A stretch of DNA of 64,000 nucleotides from Polyangia bacterium. GTDB lineage: Bacteria > Myxococcota_A > Polyangia > JAAYKL01. Position numbers and translations under genes: made by a program. Positions 50,612-60,308 of the stretch are shown here, piece by piece. Within the stretch, counting starts at the first letter, position 1, and the number at the start of each line of letters is the position of its first letter. A model generated the notes under the pieces. The model was not told the origin of the DNA. It was given only the letters and a program-made list of their open reading frames with translations, and did no database searches. The stretch covers positions 1 through 64,000 of the forward strand of contig JBNKCR010000025.1 in NCBI GenBank assembly GCA_050287845.1, given 5' to 3'.

Positions 50612-52155
50612 AACGCGACGCCATTTTATTATTTCCGCGTGCTAAAGTATCTTTTAGACGGTTGTTCGCATTGCTGCTTGGCGGGATACTTGTCGTTCCA
50701 ATCCCTTCTGTTTACGCCGGTGACACCTGGCCGGCGATACAGAAGAATTCGTCCCACTGCAGACATCAGCGCGATACTGGTGCGCCATCAATTCCATGCC
50801 CTATCGATCAGATTGACCTTGAAGATGTGTCTTTTTATGTTCGTGGTCGCTGGCAGCCCGACACGTTTGTGAAGTTCTCTCCCAACGGCCGGTTGCTGGG
50901 AATTGGTTCTTATACGGGTAAAATGCGCCTTTGGGATGTGTACGGGCAAAAAATGCTCTGGGAAAAAGATATTGCCGAAGGCATTGTAAAAAGAATTGAT
51001 TTTTCGAACGATGGAAAACGCGTCTGTTTTGGCGAACAGAGCGTGGATGGATTTATTTACTGCGCGAATACGAACACCGGGGATGTGCAGTGGCGGTTTC
51101 GCCTGGCTAACGATTTGCAGACGAGCAAACCCCCGGCCAAAGATGATTCCTACGGCATTTTCACTTTACCTGCGCCGTATGGTCTGAAGGTACTGGATAA
51201 TGGCGATGTGCTTGTGCTTGGCATTCATTCCTGGAACGACGAAAATACATTTCGCGACCGGACTATGTTATCCAGAATTTATCGACTGTCGCCGGAAGGA
51301 AACGTTCGTTGGATCTATCCGAAAGAGGCGCCGTTGCCGATGACTGTCATTGATATGGATTCTGATAGCAGAGGAGACAATATTGCTTTTTTAATCACTA
51401 AAAAGAGCGCTCAACCGGATGTGGTGGCGCCGTATGCCGAAGGAACGATGGTGGTACTGGATGGGCGCGCCGGCAAGCCGGTCTGGCAATACACATTTGA
51501 GCCATTGTCGCCTTTTTTTAACAGCGTGGGGTTTTGGGAATCCATCTCGGTGGCGCCGGATGGAACTCGCGCATCGGTGGGCCTCTTTGATGGACGTACC
51601 ATGCTGTTTGACATCGCCCATAAGCGTGTGGAGAAAGTGTTCGATTTTGGCGCGCCCATCTCCATCAGCGGCGTGCCGGTGAGCGCCAGCGCCACTTACA
51701 ATCATCTTGCGAGTGACGGAATGGCCTATTTTCAAACAGGCACCTCCTCTGTTCCCATGGCAAGCACTATGGCCCATGTGGTAGCGCCTCCTGGACCGCA
51801 TCCCAATGCCACAATGCTGACGGCGGTGGACCCTGAAGGAAAGATTCAATGGCGATATCGCAGTGGTCACAGTTTTCAAAATTTTTGGAGCAGCAACGAC
51901 GGCAGATGGCTGCTGACAGCAGTACAGAGAGATGATGACCAATTCGGGTGGGAGTCCGGGGCCATGCTTTTCGATACCCATCGCAAAGGGGGAGGCACAT
52001 CAAAATTGGTATATTTTTACCAGGTTGAAGGAAAAACCCATTTTCACGCAGACATTGCGAGTGACGGTGCTGCGTTCGCATTGGTGGAGACCCCTTATCG
52101 GGACCCGCAAACAGAGCGCATCGTGGGCAGCTACCAGGTGCATGTGGTGAGGTAA
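50608..52155 (+). CDS. Secreted WD40/PQQ-like beta-propeller protein
   Basis: GTG overlapping the ecfT stop; signal peptide (VYAG); FSPNGRLL, FSNDGKRV, GDVQWRF, GNVRWIY, GKIQWRY blades. Confidence 0.78.
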   Translation: MKRDAILLFPRAKVSFRRLFALLLGGILVVPIPSVYAGDTWPAIQKNSSHCRHQRDTGAPSIPCPIDQIDLEDVSFYVRGRWQPDTFVKFSPNGRLLGIGSYTGKMRLWDVYGQKMLWEKDIAEGIVKRIDFSNDGKRVCFGEQSVDGFIYCANTNTGDVQWRFRLANDLQTSKPPAKDDSYGIFTLPAPYGLKVLDNGDVLVLGIHSWNDENTFRDRTMLSRIYRLSPEGNVRWIYPKEAPLPMTVIDMDSDSRGDNIAFLITKKSAQPDVVAPYAEGTMVVLDGRAGKPVWQYTFEPLSPFFNSVGFWESISVAPDGTRASVGLFDGRTMLFDIAHKRVEKVFDFGAPISISGVPVSASATYNHLASDGMAYFQTGTSSVPMASTMAHVVAPPGPHPNATMLTAVDPEGKIQWRYRSGHSFQNFWSSNDGRWLLTAVQRDDDQFGWESGAMLFDTHRKGGGTSKLVYFYQVEGKTHFHADIASDGAAFALVETPYRDPQTERIVGSYQVHVVR

Positions 52156-52159
52156 CGGG

Positions 52160-53155
52160 ATGAAAGATGTCTCTGATACCCAAAGGAGAAACCTGACAGG
52201 ACATCCTGTTATTCGGTACCTGGTCATGTTTGTCACCGGTAAATGCAATTTACAATGCCGATATTGCTACGCCCATGATTTGCTGCAATTTGGTGCAATG
52301 CCATTCGACATTGCTGTGGAGGCATTGAATATTGTGGCTTCATCGAACCGACCTTTTCATGTGCAGTTCACTGGCGGCGAACCCCTGCTGGAACCGCAGC
52401 TGTTAGGAAGCATTTGCGACTTTATTCAGGGAAAAAATATCAACATCTCGATGGGCGTCCAGACCAATGGCACGTTGATTAATGAACAGAACGCCCGAAT
52501 GTTTCAACATTACGGACTGGAAGTGGGGCTTAGTATTGATGGCATTGCGGATATTCATAATCTGCAGAGAGGCAGGTTCGATTCAACCATCCGCGGGTTA
52601 CAGGTACTTGCGCAACATGACATTCCCTGTCGAGTCACTACCGTCGTTACCGAGGCAAATGTATTGCATCTGGATAAGCTGGCGCTGATGCTGGCCGGGT
52701 TTTCCAACGTGAGAGGAATTGGGCTGGATTTACTGGTAAATAAGGGCAGTGCGGTCGTTCACCATTTAAAACCGCCGAGTCCCGGATGTCTCAGTAAGGG
52801 CGTGCAGGCCCTGAAGAAGATGCTGAATGTGGTGAACACCAGGCGAACGCTACCTCTACAGGTGCGCGAGCTGAATATGCATGGCAGGCGTAGGGATGTA
52901 CTGTGTCATGGGGCAAAAGGCGAAAGCATGGCTGTGTTACCCAATGGCAGTGTGTATCCCTGCAGTCAGACTGCTGGTGACCCGAATTTTAACTGCGGCA
53001 CTGTTCACAGTATCAACTGGAAACGGCTGCGAATGAGCGTTCAAGGTGACGATTGTCCCAGCCGGACACACTACAATCTGGGGGAGAACCTGATTCTGCA
53101 CACCGCCCTGCAGCGAGAGACACCGGGAAACAAAACTGAAAGAAATTTTGAATGA
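52160..53155 (+). CDS. Radical SAM protein with truncated SPASM/twitch domain
   Basis: CNLQCRYC, FTGGEPLL, QTNGTL, SIDG; C...LPNGSVYPC...CPSR. Confidence 0.9.
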   Translation: MKDVSDTQRRNLTGHPVIRYLVMFVTGKCNLQCRYCYAHDLLQFGAMPFDIAVEALNIVASSNRPFHVQFTGGEPLLEPQLLGSICDFIQGKNINISMGVQTNGTLINEQNARMFQHYGLEVGLSIDGIADIHNLQRGRFDSTIRGLQVLAQHDIPCRVTTVVTEANVLHLDKLALMLAGFSNVRGIGLDLLVNKGSAVVHHLKPPSPGCLSKGVQALKKMLNVVNTRRTLPLQVRELNMHGRRRDVLCHGAKGESMAVLPNGSVYPCSQTAGDPNFNCGTVHSINWKRLRMSVQGDDCPSRTHYNLGENLILHTALQRETPGNKTERNFE

Positions 53156-56100
53156 ACGAATTCAAGTTATGTTATTTCAGTGCAACTTCAATGGAGCTTC
53201 CGTCTCTGGGACATGCGGTGCGTGCCTACCGGAATACCGGTCAGGAAATTTCAGTGTTCTCGCGGACCCCGTCCCAGCTTTTTGCAGAAAATGAAATCAC
53301 GCGATTTGTAAAAAAAGCGATGGACTGCCACGTGGTATACGTCGCACTTCATGGCGGAAAGATGTCTTGTCCTGCGTTTGACCCGCTCGTTGCTGCTATG
53401 GAAGACGCAAAGAAGCAGGGCGATTCACGACCGCTGTTTGTGATTCAATCGGTGGGGGGGGACGAAGAGGCAGTTCTTTTGGCAAAGGAATATGGCGATC
53501 TCAATGACAGGGAAGGGGTTGCGCGAGTCAGTGAATATTTTACAAAAGGCGGCACTGAGAACTTTTTAAGGCTTCTTCAGTACTTGCACAGTATTTATTT
53601 CGATACTGGAGTCGAAATCCCTGCCCCGGTGTCGATTCCATGTCAGGGAATTTATCATCCGAAAATTAGTGGTGCAATGAATTTGGCTGCATGGGAATCA
53701 GAGATAAGAATCCCGGACAAACCAACGATAGGTATCTGGTTTTATCAGGGATTCTGGCTGAATCAGAATCTTGCCCATGTGAATGCATTCATCGCGGAAG
53801 TCGAAAAACAGGGGAACAATGCGCTTGCTGTCTTTTCGTACCGGTTAAAGGATGTGGCGCTGGGGAACCTTGGGGCAGACGACATTGTCGCGAAGTATTT
53901 TTGCCGCGATGGTAAACCGATGATAGATGCGCTGGTGAGTTTAATGGGGATGTCCATGAGCATTGCTCAACCGGAGTATGCCAATGTGCTCCCTGCGTTA
54001 AACGTTCCCTATCTGCAGGGACTGGTAAGCTCATCGCCCTGTGCCGTGTGGAAAGATAGCGACAAAGGTGTCTCCACAATGGATGTGACTTTTCAGGCAG
54101 CGCAGCCGGAGTTTGATGGCGCCCTGATTACGGTGCCGGTTGCAACAAGAGAAGAAAACGAAGTGTGTCCGGTAACTGGCGCCATGTTGTCTCACAACGT
54201 GCCGATTCCAGAACGCACGGCAAAACTGGTATCGCTCGCTCGAAACTGGGCACAGTTGCGACATGTTTCAAATGACCAGAAAAAGGTTGCGATTATTTTT
54301 CATCATTATCCCCCCAGAAACGATCGCATTGGATGCGCCGCCGGACTGGACAGTTTTGCCAGTGTGAAGCACATGGTCGATGCGTTGCAGGCAGCCGGTT
54401 ACACAATAGACGACACCTACGAAGACGGGGATGATTTAGCCAATAGATTGCTTGAAAAAATGACATGCGACCGGCGGTATCTGACGCCGGATAAGATGGC
54501 TTTGCGCGCTGAGGTGCAGATGGAAAGCGAACTGTTTGATAGTTTTCACAAACAGTTTCCGGAGTCGGCACGCACTGAAATGACAGCAGACTGGGGAACG
54601 CCGCCCGGGGAGTTGTTTGTTCATGACAACAAACTGCTGATGCCGGGCATTATGAATGGCAATGTGTTTATCAGTATTCAGCCTCCAAGGGGTTATCTGG
54701 AAAACCCCGAGGCGATTTTACACGATCTTCATTTATCGCCGCCTCATCATTATCTGGCGTACTACTGGTACATTCGGCATGTGTTTAAAGCCAACGCGGT
54801 CATTCACGTAGGCAAGCACGGTTCACTGGAATGGTTGCCGGGAAAAGCGCTGGGATTGAGCAACACCTGTTATCCCGACCTGGCCATCCAGGATTTGCCC
54901 AATATTTATCCATACATCATTAACGACCCAGGCGAGGGCACTCAGGCGAAGCGGCGATCGTATTGCGCCATCGTGGATCATCTGACACCGGTGTTTACCA
55001 ACGCGGACCTGTACGAGGAAATGAACGATGTGGATAGAATGCTCACAGAAATAAAAGACGCGGAAAGGCAGGATCCGGGAAAGCTGACTGTGCTTCGCCC
55101 CATGCTGTATGAGGCGGTAGTGAAAGCGGATTTGCACGAGGACCTTTCAATTTCTGAACAGGACGCCCTGGAGAAAACCGATGAGGTCACAGGCAAACTG
55201 CATGCCTACCTGTCTGAATTGTCCGACAACATGATTAACGATGGCCTGCACATAATGGGGCAGTCACCCAGAGGCAGTCAGCTGGTGGAATTGGTTGTTC
55301 AGATGACACGCCACGAAAATGGAGGCGTGCCGTCTTTGCGGGAGTCTGTCACTGCCGCATTGGGATACTGTTATGACGATGCGTTCAAAAATCGAGGTAC
55401 CGCCTTTCCCGGCAGCAAAGGGTTGACGGGTGGAGCGATTATACATCGGGCCCATGAGCTTTGTTTAAAACTGGTAACGTTACTGGAGGAGAATGATTTT
55501 AACGTTTTTTCTCCCGGGAACGCGGAGCTTCAGCTCCGCCCTGATATAATCGGACAGTTTGCGGAGCAGGAGCTCCGCGTTCCCGGATTTGGGAACAACA
55601 TACTCCGTGTCCTCAACTACATCTGCAATACACTGGTTCCCAATATCCGCCGAGTCACTGACGAGCTCTATGCGACGTTAAACGGTTTAAATGGCGGATT
55701 TATCTCTCCGGGCCCCAGCGGAGCCCCTACCCGGGGACAGGCAGACATTTTGCCAACCGGGCGAAACTTTTTTTCAGTTGATCCCCGGGTGATTCCGTCA
55801 AAATCCGCATGGGAAGTGGGGGTCAGTCTGGGGGATGCGTTGCTTTCTCGATACAAAGGTGAAACCGGTAAATACCCTCAGAGCATCGGCATGATTGTTT
55901 ATGGCGGCAACACCATGCGCACCAGAGGCGACGACATTGCGGAGATTTTGTATCTGATGGGGCTGCGGCCGGTTTGGGACCAACACGGTATTGTAAAAGG
56001 GCTTGAAGTCATTCCATACAAACAACTGAAGCGCCCCAGAATTGACGTGATGCCGCGTATCTCCGGCTTTTTTCGCGACGCCTTTCCCAATTTGGTGGCG

Positions 56101-56964
56101 TTGATTGATGACGCGGTCAATATGGTGGCAACACTTTTAGAACCTCAGGAAGTGAATTTCATTCGGGCGCATGTGGAAACAGATGCGTTGGAATATAAAA
56201 CGAGAGGCAAAAGCGATGCAGAGGCGAGAGCGCTGGCGTCCATTCGCGTGTTCGGGTGTCCGCTAGGCACATACGGCGCCGGCGTTGCGGAACTGATTGA
56301 ATCCAAACAGTGGGAAACCAAAGAAGATCTGGCCAACAACTACATTCGCTATTCGGCCCATGCCTATAGCAGAAACGCCTATGGCACGGTTCAGAAGGAC
56401 GCCTTTAAAAAAATGCTGAGCCGTATGGATGTAACGGTGAAAAACGAGGATTCCAGAGAATACGATATTTACTCCTGCACTGACTTTTACAATTACTATG
56501 GTGGGCTTATTGCCGCGGGCGCAGCGGTGCGGGGTATTGCGCCAAAATCGTACGTGGGCGACAGTACCGATCCCAAATGGGTAGGTTTGCGTTCTGTTGC
56601 GGAAGAAACGAAGTTCATTCTGCGCTCAAGGCTGCTCAATCCCAAATGGCTGGATGGCATGAAGCGACATGGCTATAAAGGCGCCGGCGATATTTCAAAA
56701 GTAATGGACATTATCATCGGATGGGACGCCACCGCCGATGTGATGGAAGACTGGATGTATGACCGGGTGGCAAAAACATACGCCCTGGATTCCGACATGC
56801 GAAAGTGGTTGAAGGAAGTGAACCCCCACGCTCTGTTAAACATTACCGAAAAGCTGCTTGAAACAATACAGCGCGGCATGTGGCAGACCGACGATGCGAC
56901 CGAAGAATATCTGCGTCAGACATATCTCGAAATTGAGGGTGATATTGAGGACTCTATTGGTTAG
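53152..56964 (+). CDS. cobN: Cobaltochelatase CobN
   Basis: QPEFDG, QPPRG, HVGKHGSLEWLPGK, NDPGEGTQAKRR, PTGRNFF, ISGFFRDAFP, LNPKW...GMKRHGYKG. Confidence 0.93.
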   Translation: MNEFKLCYFSATSMELPSLGHAVRAYRNTGQEISVFSRTPSQLFAENEITRFVKKAMDCHVVYVALHGGKMSCPAFDPLVAAMEDAKKQGDSRPLFVIQSVGGDEEAVLLAKEYGDLNDREGVARVSEYFTKGGTENFLRLLQYLHSIYFDTGVEIPAPVSIPCQGIYHPKISGAMNLAAWESEIRIPDKPTIGIWFYQGFWLNQNLAHVNAFIAEVEKQGNNALAVFSYRLKDVALGNLGADDIVAKYFCRDGKPMIDALVSLMGMSMSIAQPEYANVLPALNVPYLQGLVSSSPCAVWKDSDKGVSTMDVTFQAAQPEFDGALITVPVATREENEVCPVTGAMLSHNVPIPERTAKLVSLARNWAQLRHVSNDQKKVAIIFHHYPPRNDRIGCAAGLDSFASVKHMVDALQAAGYTIDDTYEDGDDLANRLLEKMTCDRRYLTPDKMALRAEVQMESELFDSFHKQFPESARTEMTADWGTPPGELFVHDNKLLMPGIMNGNVFISIQPPRGYLENPEAILHDLHLSPPHHYLAYYWYIRHVFKANAVIHVGKHGSLEWLPGKALGLSNTCYPDLAIQDLPNIYPYIINDPGEGTQAKRRSYCAIVDHLTPVFTNADLYEEMNDVDRMLTEIKDAERQDPGKLTVLRPMLYEAVVKADLHEDLSISEQDALEKTDEVTGKLHAYLSELSDNMINDGLHIMGQSPRGSQLVELVVQMTRHENGGVPSLRESVTAALGYCYDDAFKNRGTAFPGSKGLTGGAIIHRAHELCLKLVTLLEENDFNVFSPGNAELQLRPDIIGQFAEQELRVPGFGNNILRVLNYICNTLVPNIRRVTDELYATLNGLNGGFISPGPSGAPTRGQADILPTGRNFFSVDPRVIPSKSAWEVGVSLGDALLSRYKGETGKYPQSIGMIVYGGNTMRTRGDDIAEILYLMGLRPVWDQHGIVKGLEVIPYKQLKRPRIDVMPRISGFFRDAFPNLVALIDDAVNMVATLLEPQEVNFIRAHVETDALEYKTRGKSDAEARALASIRVFGCPLGTYGAGVAELIESKQWETKEDLANNYIRYSAHAYSRNAYGTVQKDAFKKMLSRMDVTVKNEDSREYDIYSCTDFYNYYGGLIAAGAAVRGIAPKSYVGDSTDPKWVGLRSVAEETKFILRSRLLNPKWLDGMKRHGYKGAGDISKVMDIIIGWDATADVMEDWMYDRVAKTYALDSDMRKWLKEVNPHALLNITEKLLETIQRGMWQTDDATEEYLRQTYLEIEGDIEDSIG
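55514..55586. repeat. REP-like inverted-repeat doublet inside cobN
   Basis: Arms 55514-39 and 55561-86 are 24/26 complementary, each internally palindromic; 21-nt spacer. Confidence 0.85.
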
Positions 56965-56976
56965 GAAACATCAAAT

Positions 56977-58161
56977 ATGAAAATTGATACATACTACGAC
57001 GCCATGGCGCTCCACCGCGAAGACAAAATCATTTATGCACACTTTCTGAAACCCCATCGGGTAATTTCCACCTGTTCCGCCGCGGGTGGGGTCACTGACG
57101 AGATGGCGTACATGTACAACCATCAGTCCTGCGAACCCACAAAGCACCATACCGCTGCGGACCGAATTATGAAGATGTCAGACGGACTGTACCGCGAGGA
57201 TGTGGCCACAAGATACGGCCTGCCATCTGAAAAATGTGCCACCCTGGGCACAGCGGCCAATATGAGATGTGCCGCGGTAGTCACAAAAAAATTCAGAGAC
57301 ACTGAAGTGGTGGTGGTTGCGACAGGTGGTGTGGAAGCAAACGGCGGCCGTGCAGGTGACCCGGCAACGGTGTATGAATGCGACGGAAAATTCGAGCGCA
57401 TCACCGGAGACGCGCCAACCCCCGGAACCATTAACACCATGATTTTCATCAGCAAAGAGCTAACCCAGGGCGCGCTGGTCCGTTCCGTTATTACCGCCAC
57501 TGAGGCGAAATCTGCTGCGCTCCAGGAATTAAGTGTACCATCCCGCTACTCAAACGGTCTGGCTACAGGGACGGGTACTGACCAGATTGGCGTGGCATGT
57601 CTGCTGGGTACCGGTCATCCCCTCCGCTCTTCAGGAAAACACAGCAAGCTGGGCGAATTGATCGGCTCGGCGGTACGAGAGGCCATTAAAGAAACACTCG
57701 TTCGTCAAAACGGATTGTCTCCGGAAAATCGATGTGACATGTCGGTTCATCTGCAACGTTTTGGCGGGTCTCTGTCGCAACTGAAGAATGACATCGTAAG
57801 GCATTTAAATAGCCACGACGCCGAACTGCTACGGAACAACATACTGTGCCTGAATCACGATCCGCTGGTAGTGGCTGCCGTCATAGCCATGGTTCATGTG
57901 CGGGACCAACTGGCATGGAACGTGCTGCCCATGTCGTGTTTGCCTGATTTATTTATCTCCCACGGACTTCATATTGCCATGGCGGTCGCGGGGTGTGATA
58001 AACATTATGAAGACTGGAAACATTCGCTGGCGGCATTAAATATCACTTTAGACGATGCTGACTTTATGGAAATGATATGCTGTGCGCTGGCCCTGGGATT
58101 CGCCGATAAATGGCGACACTGCAATACCGAAAGTGAATCGACATGCCCAAAAAAGGACTAA
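56977..58161 (+). CDS. cbiZ: Adenosylcobinamide amidohydrolase CbiZ
   Basis: NHQSCEP, LGTAANM, TGGVEANGGRAGDP, GTINT, TATEAK, ATGTGTDQ, GKHSKLGELIG. Confidence 0.9.
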   Translation: MKIDTYYDAMALHREDKIIYAHFLKPHRVISTCSAAGGVTDEMAYMYNHQSCEPTKHHTAADRIMKMSDGLYREDVATRYGLPSEKCATLGTAANMRCAAVVTKKFRDTEVVVVATGGVEANGGRAGDPATVYECDGKFERITGDAPTPGTINTMIFISKELTQGALVRSVITATEAKSAALQELSVPSRYSNGLATGTGTDQIGVACLLGTGHPLRSSGKHSKLGELIGSAVREAIKETLVRQNGLSPENRCDMSVHLQRFGGSLSQLKNDIVRHLNSHDAELLRNNILCLNHDPLVVAAVIAMVHVRDQLAWNVLPMSCLPDLFISHGLHIAMAVAGCDKHYEDWKHSLAALNITLDDADFMEMICCALALGFADKWRHCNTESESTCPKKD

Positions 58162-58670
58162 TCATTGTAAATACCGGCAACGGCAAAGGCAAGACTACCG
58201 CAGCACTGGGGCTCGCATTTCGAATGTTGGGACACAAAAACAAAAAAGTGGCGATTGTGCAGTTTATCAAAGGCTCCTGGAAATACGGTGAACTGGAAAG
58301 CGCCAAACGGTTTTCAGATACACTTGAAATTCAGGTGATGGGTCGTGGTTTTACCTACAAATCAGAGGATTTCAGCAAGGATGTGGCTGTGGCAAAAGAA
58401 GCCTGGCAGCGGGCCAAAGATGTGATTGCGGCAAACGAACACGACATGGTTATTCTCGATGAGCTGACCTACCTGATAACCCTGAACATGATTCCTGAAG
58501 CGGAAATCATTGAAGCGCTCATGAATAAGCCTGAACAGATGCATGTGGTGATCACCGGTCGCGGCGCAACCGAAAAACTGATTGATTTGGCAGATTTGGT
58601 GACGGAGATGATAGAGATAAAGCACCCGTATAAATCCGGGATTAAAGCGCAGCGGGGTATTGAGTTCTGA
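58143..58670 (+). CDS. cobO: Cob(I)yrinic acid a,c-diamide adenosyltransferase (CobO/BtuR)
   Basis: TGNGKGKTTAALG, QFIKG, LDE, TGR, KHPY...AQRGIEF. Confidence 0.95.
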   Translation: MPKKGLIIVNTGNGKGKTTAALGLAFRMLGHKNKKVAIVQFIKGSWKYGELESAKRFSDTLEIQVMGRGFTYKSEDFSKDVAVAKEAWQRAKDVIAANEHDMVILDELTYLITLNMIPEAEIIEALMNKPEQMHVVITGRGATEKLIDLADLVTEMIEIKHPYKSGIKAQRGIEF

Positions 58671-58791
58671 AAAGCAATCATGATCAAAAAAGAAGAGATG
58701 TCACATCGGAAGAAACACTGTCATTATCTGATTGCTCTGACACACCACTGCGACTGAAACGCATCTGTAATCAATGTAAAAAGAAGGCCAG

Positions 58792-59598
58792 CTACGAGTT
58801 TGAGTACGCGACGGTAAGCACTGAAAGATTAGGGGAGGCAGTGAGTACTGTTTGCATCTTCTGCAATAGCGAGGTGACATCTTCAAATATTGGCATTCCC
58901 GACGTTGACGGACGCTTAATAGCGATAACCCGACAATCGGTTTGCCTTGCCGCCTCAATTTTTTCCGGAAACCCGCCTTTTTCGCCACCGTCTTTGGTGA
59001 CCAGCACGCCGATATTAAATTGATGAATCAACGCAATGTTATTGGCAATGGAGAACGGTCCCTGTCCGACGATTATCCTGTCCCTGGAAATACCGGCTTT
59101 TCGACATGCGTCGATGGATTCAGCGCGGTCAAGCACCCGCGCGGCGAGAAGAATGCGGGTTTCCTTTGCTTTGACTGCATATGGCGCCACATTCAGTGCG
59201 CCAATGGTGAGCAGCACCGGCGCGCCTATGGCAAACGCCACCTCGGCTGCACTCTCGTGTCCCGTAACCATCATCATGTCACGGGAATTCATAACACTGG
59301 CAGGCCGCATATAACGGAAATACGGAATGCCCAATTCATGGGCGACATCGTGAGCCGCAGGACCTATCTTTTCAGCGTATGGATGGGTCGCATCAACAAC
59401 AGCGGTGATTCGTCGCTGTACAATGATGTCAGTCAGGCGATGGCGGTTCAATTTGCCGGAGCGTTTCTCAATTTGGGGGTGCGGCGCCAGAGAAAGCGGA
59501 TGGTTGGTTGCAGTGGATACCAGAGCTGAAAAGCCGTTATGAACAAGCGCTAAAGCGACTTCGTTCGTATCGGCGGTGCCTCCAAGCAACAGAATCAC
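58792..59598 (-). CDS. cbiJ: Cobalt-precorrin-6A reductase
   Basis: GTG overlapping the cbiH stop; LLLGGT, DATHPYA, GPFS, LVTKDGG..GG...K. Confidence 0.9.
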   Translation of the reverse strand: MILLLGGTADTNEVALALVHNGFSALVSTATNHPLSLAPHPQIEKRSGKLNRHRLTDIIVQRRITAVVDATHPYAEKIGPAAHDVAHELGIPYFRYMRPASVMNSRDMMMVTGHESAAEVAFAIGAPVLLTIGALNVAPYAVKAKETRILLAARVLDRAESIDACRKAGISRDRIIVGQGPFSIANNIALIHQFNIGVLVTKDGGEKGGFPEKIEAARQTDCRVIAIKRPSTSGMPIFEDVTSLLQKMQTVLTASPNLSVLTVAYSNS

Positions 59599-60308
59599 AG
59601 TGCATACCCCCGTGCGGTAACCATGTAAGGCCCGAGGCACCTTGTGCTTCTGGCACCCACGATAATGATGCTTTTCATATCTATTTCGCCTTTTAGAAAG
59701 TCAGACAGTTGGGTCAGGGTGACGCGCTCATCTTCTTTGCCCAGATTGCGGCCAATGCCCACAGGCGTCTCAGGAGCGCGATGGGCGCGCAATATTGATG
59801 CCGTTTCCTCAATCTGGGAAATCCTCTTTTTGCTTTTGGGATTGTACAGACACAGCACCATATCAAGGGGGGCGATGGCGGAAATTCGCATTTTTATTTC
59901 GTTCCAGGGCACCAGTAAGTCACTCAGGCTAATCACTGCGAAATCCAGCATCAATGGCGCGCCGAGTCTGGCCGCAGCGGTGGATGCGGCAGTGACCCCG
60001 GGAACCACTTCCAGTTCCACATTCAGAGATTCGGCCGCTGTCATTTCCATAGCGAGACCTGCCATACCGTAAACCCCCGCATCACCTGAAGAAACAAGCG
60101 CAACCGTTTGTCCGTTCCGTGCCAGTTTCAACGCTTCACGACATCGTCCCACTTCTGCGCGCATTCCGGAGGTCACTGTGTGTTGTCTCCCAATAATATC
60201 CCGCAGACTTTCCACATACGGGGTATACCCCACCACCACATCGCAGTTGCGTATGACTTCTGTTGCCCGGATGGTGCGGTCTTCGGGCGAACCCGGACCA
60301 ATGCCCAC
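59595..60308 (-). CDS. cbiH: Cobalt-precorrin-3B C17-methyltransferase (conserved frame extends into cbiG, see findings)
   Basis: GIGPG, SSGDAGVYGMAG, PGVTA, ISLSDLLVPW, YNPKSKKR, TARGY. Confidence 0.92.
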   Translation of the reverse strand: MGIGPGSPEDRTIRATEVIRNCDVVVGYTPYVESLRDIIGRQHTVTSGMRAEVGRCREALKLARNGQTVALVSSGDAGVYGMAGLAMEMTAAESLNVELEVVPGVTAASTAAARLGAPLMLDFAVISLSDLLVPWNEIKMRISAIAPLDMVLCLYNPKSKKRISQIEETASILRAHRAPETPVGIGRNLGKEDERVTLTQLSDFLKGEIDMKSIIIVGARSTRCLGPYMVTARGYAL

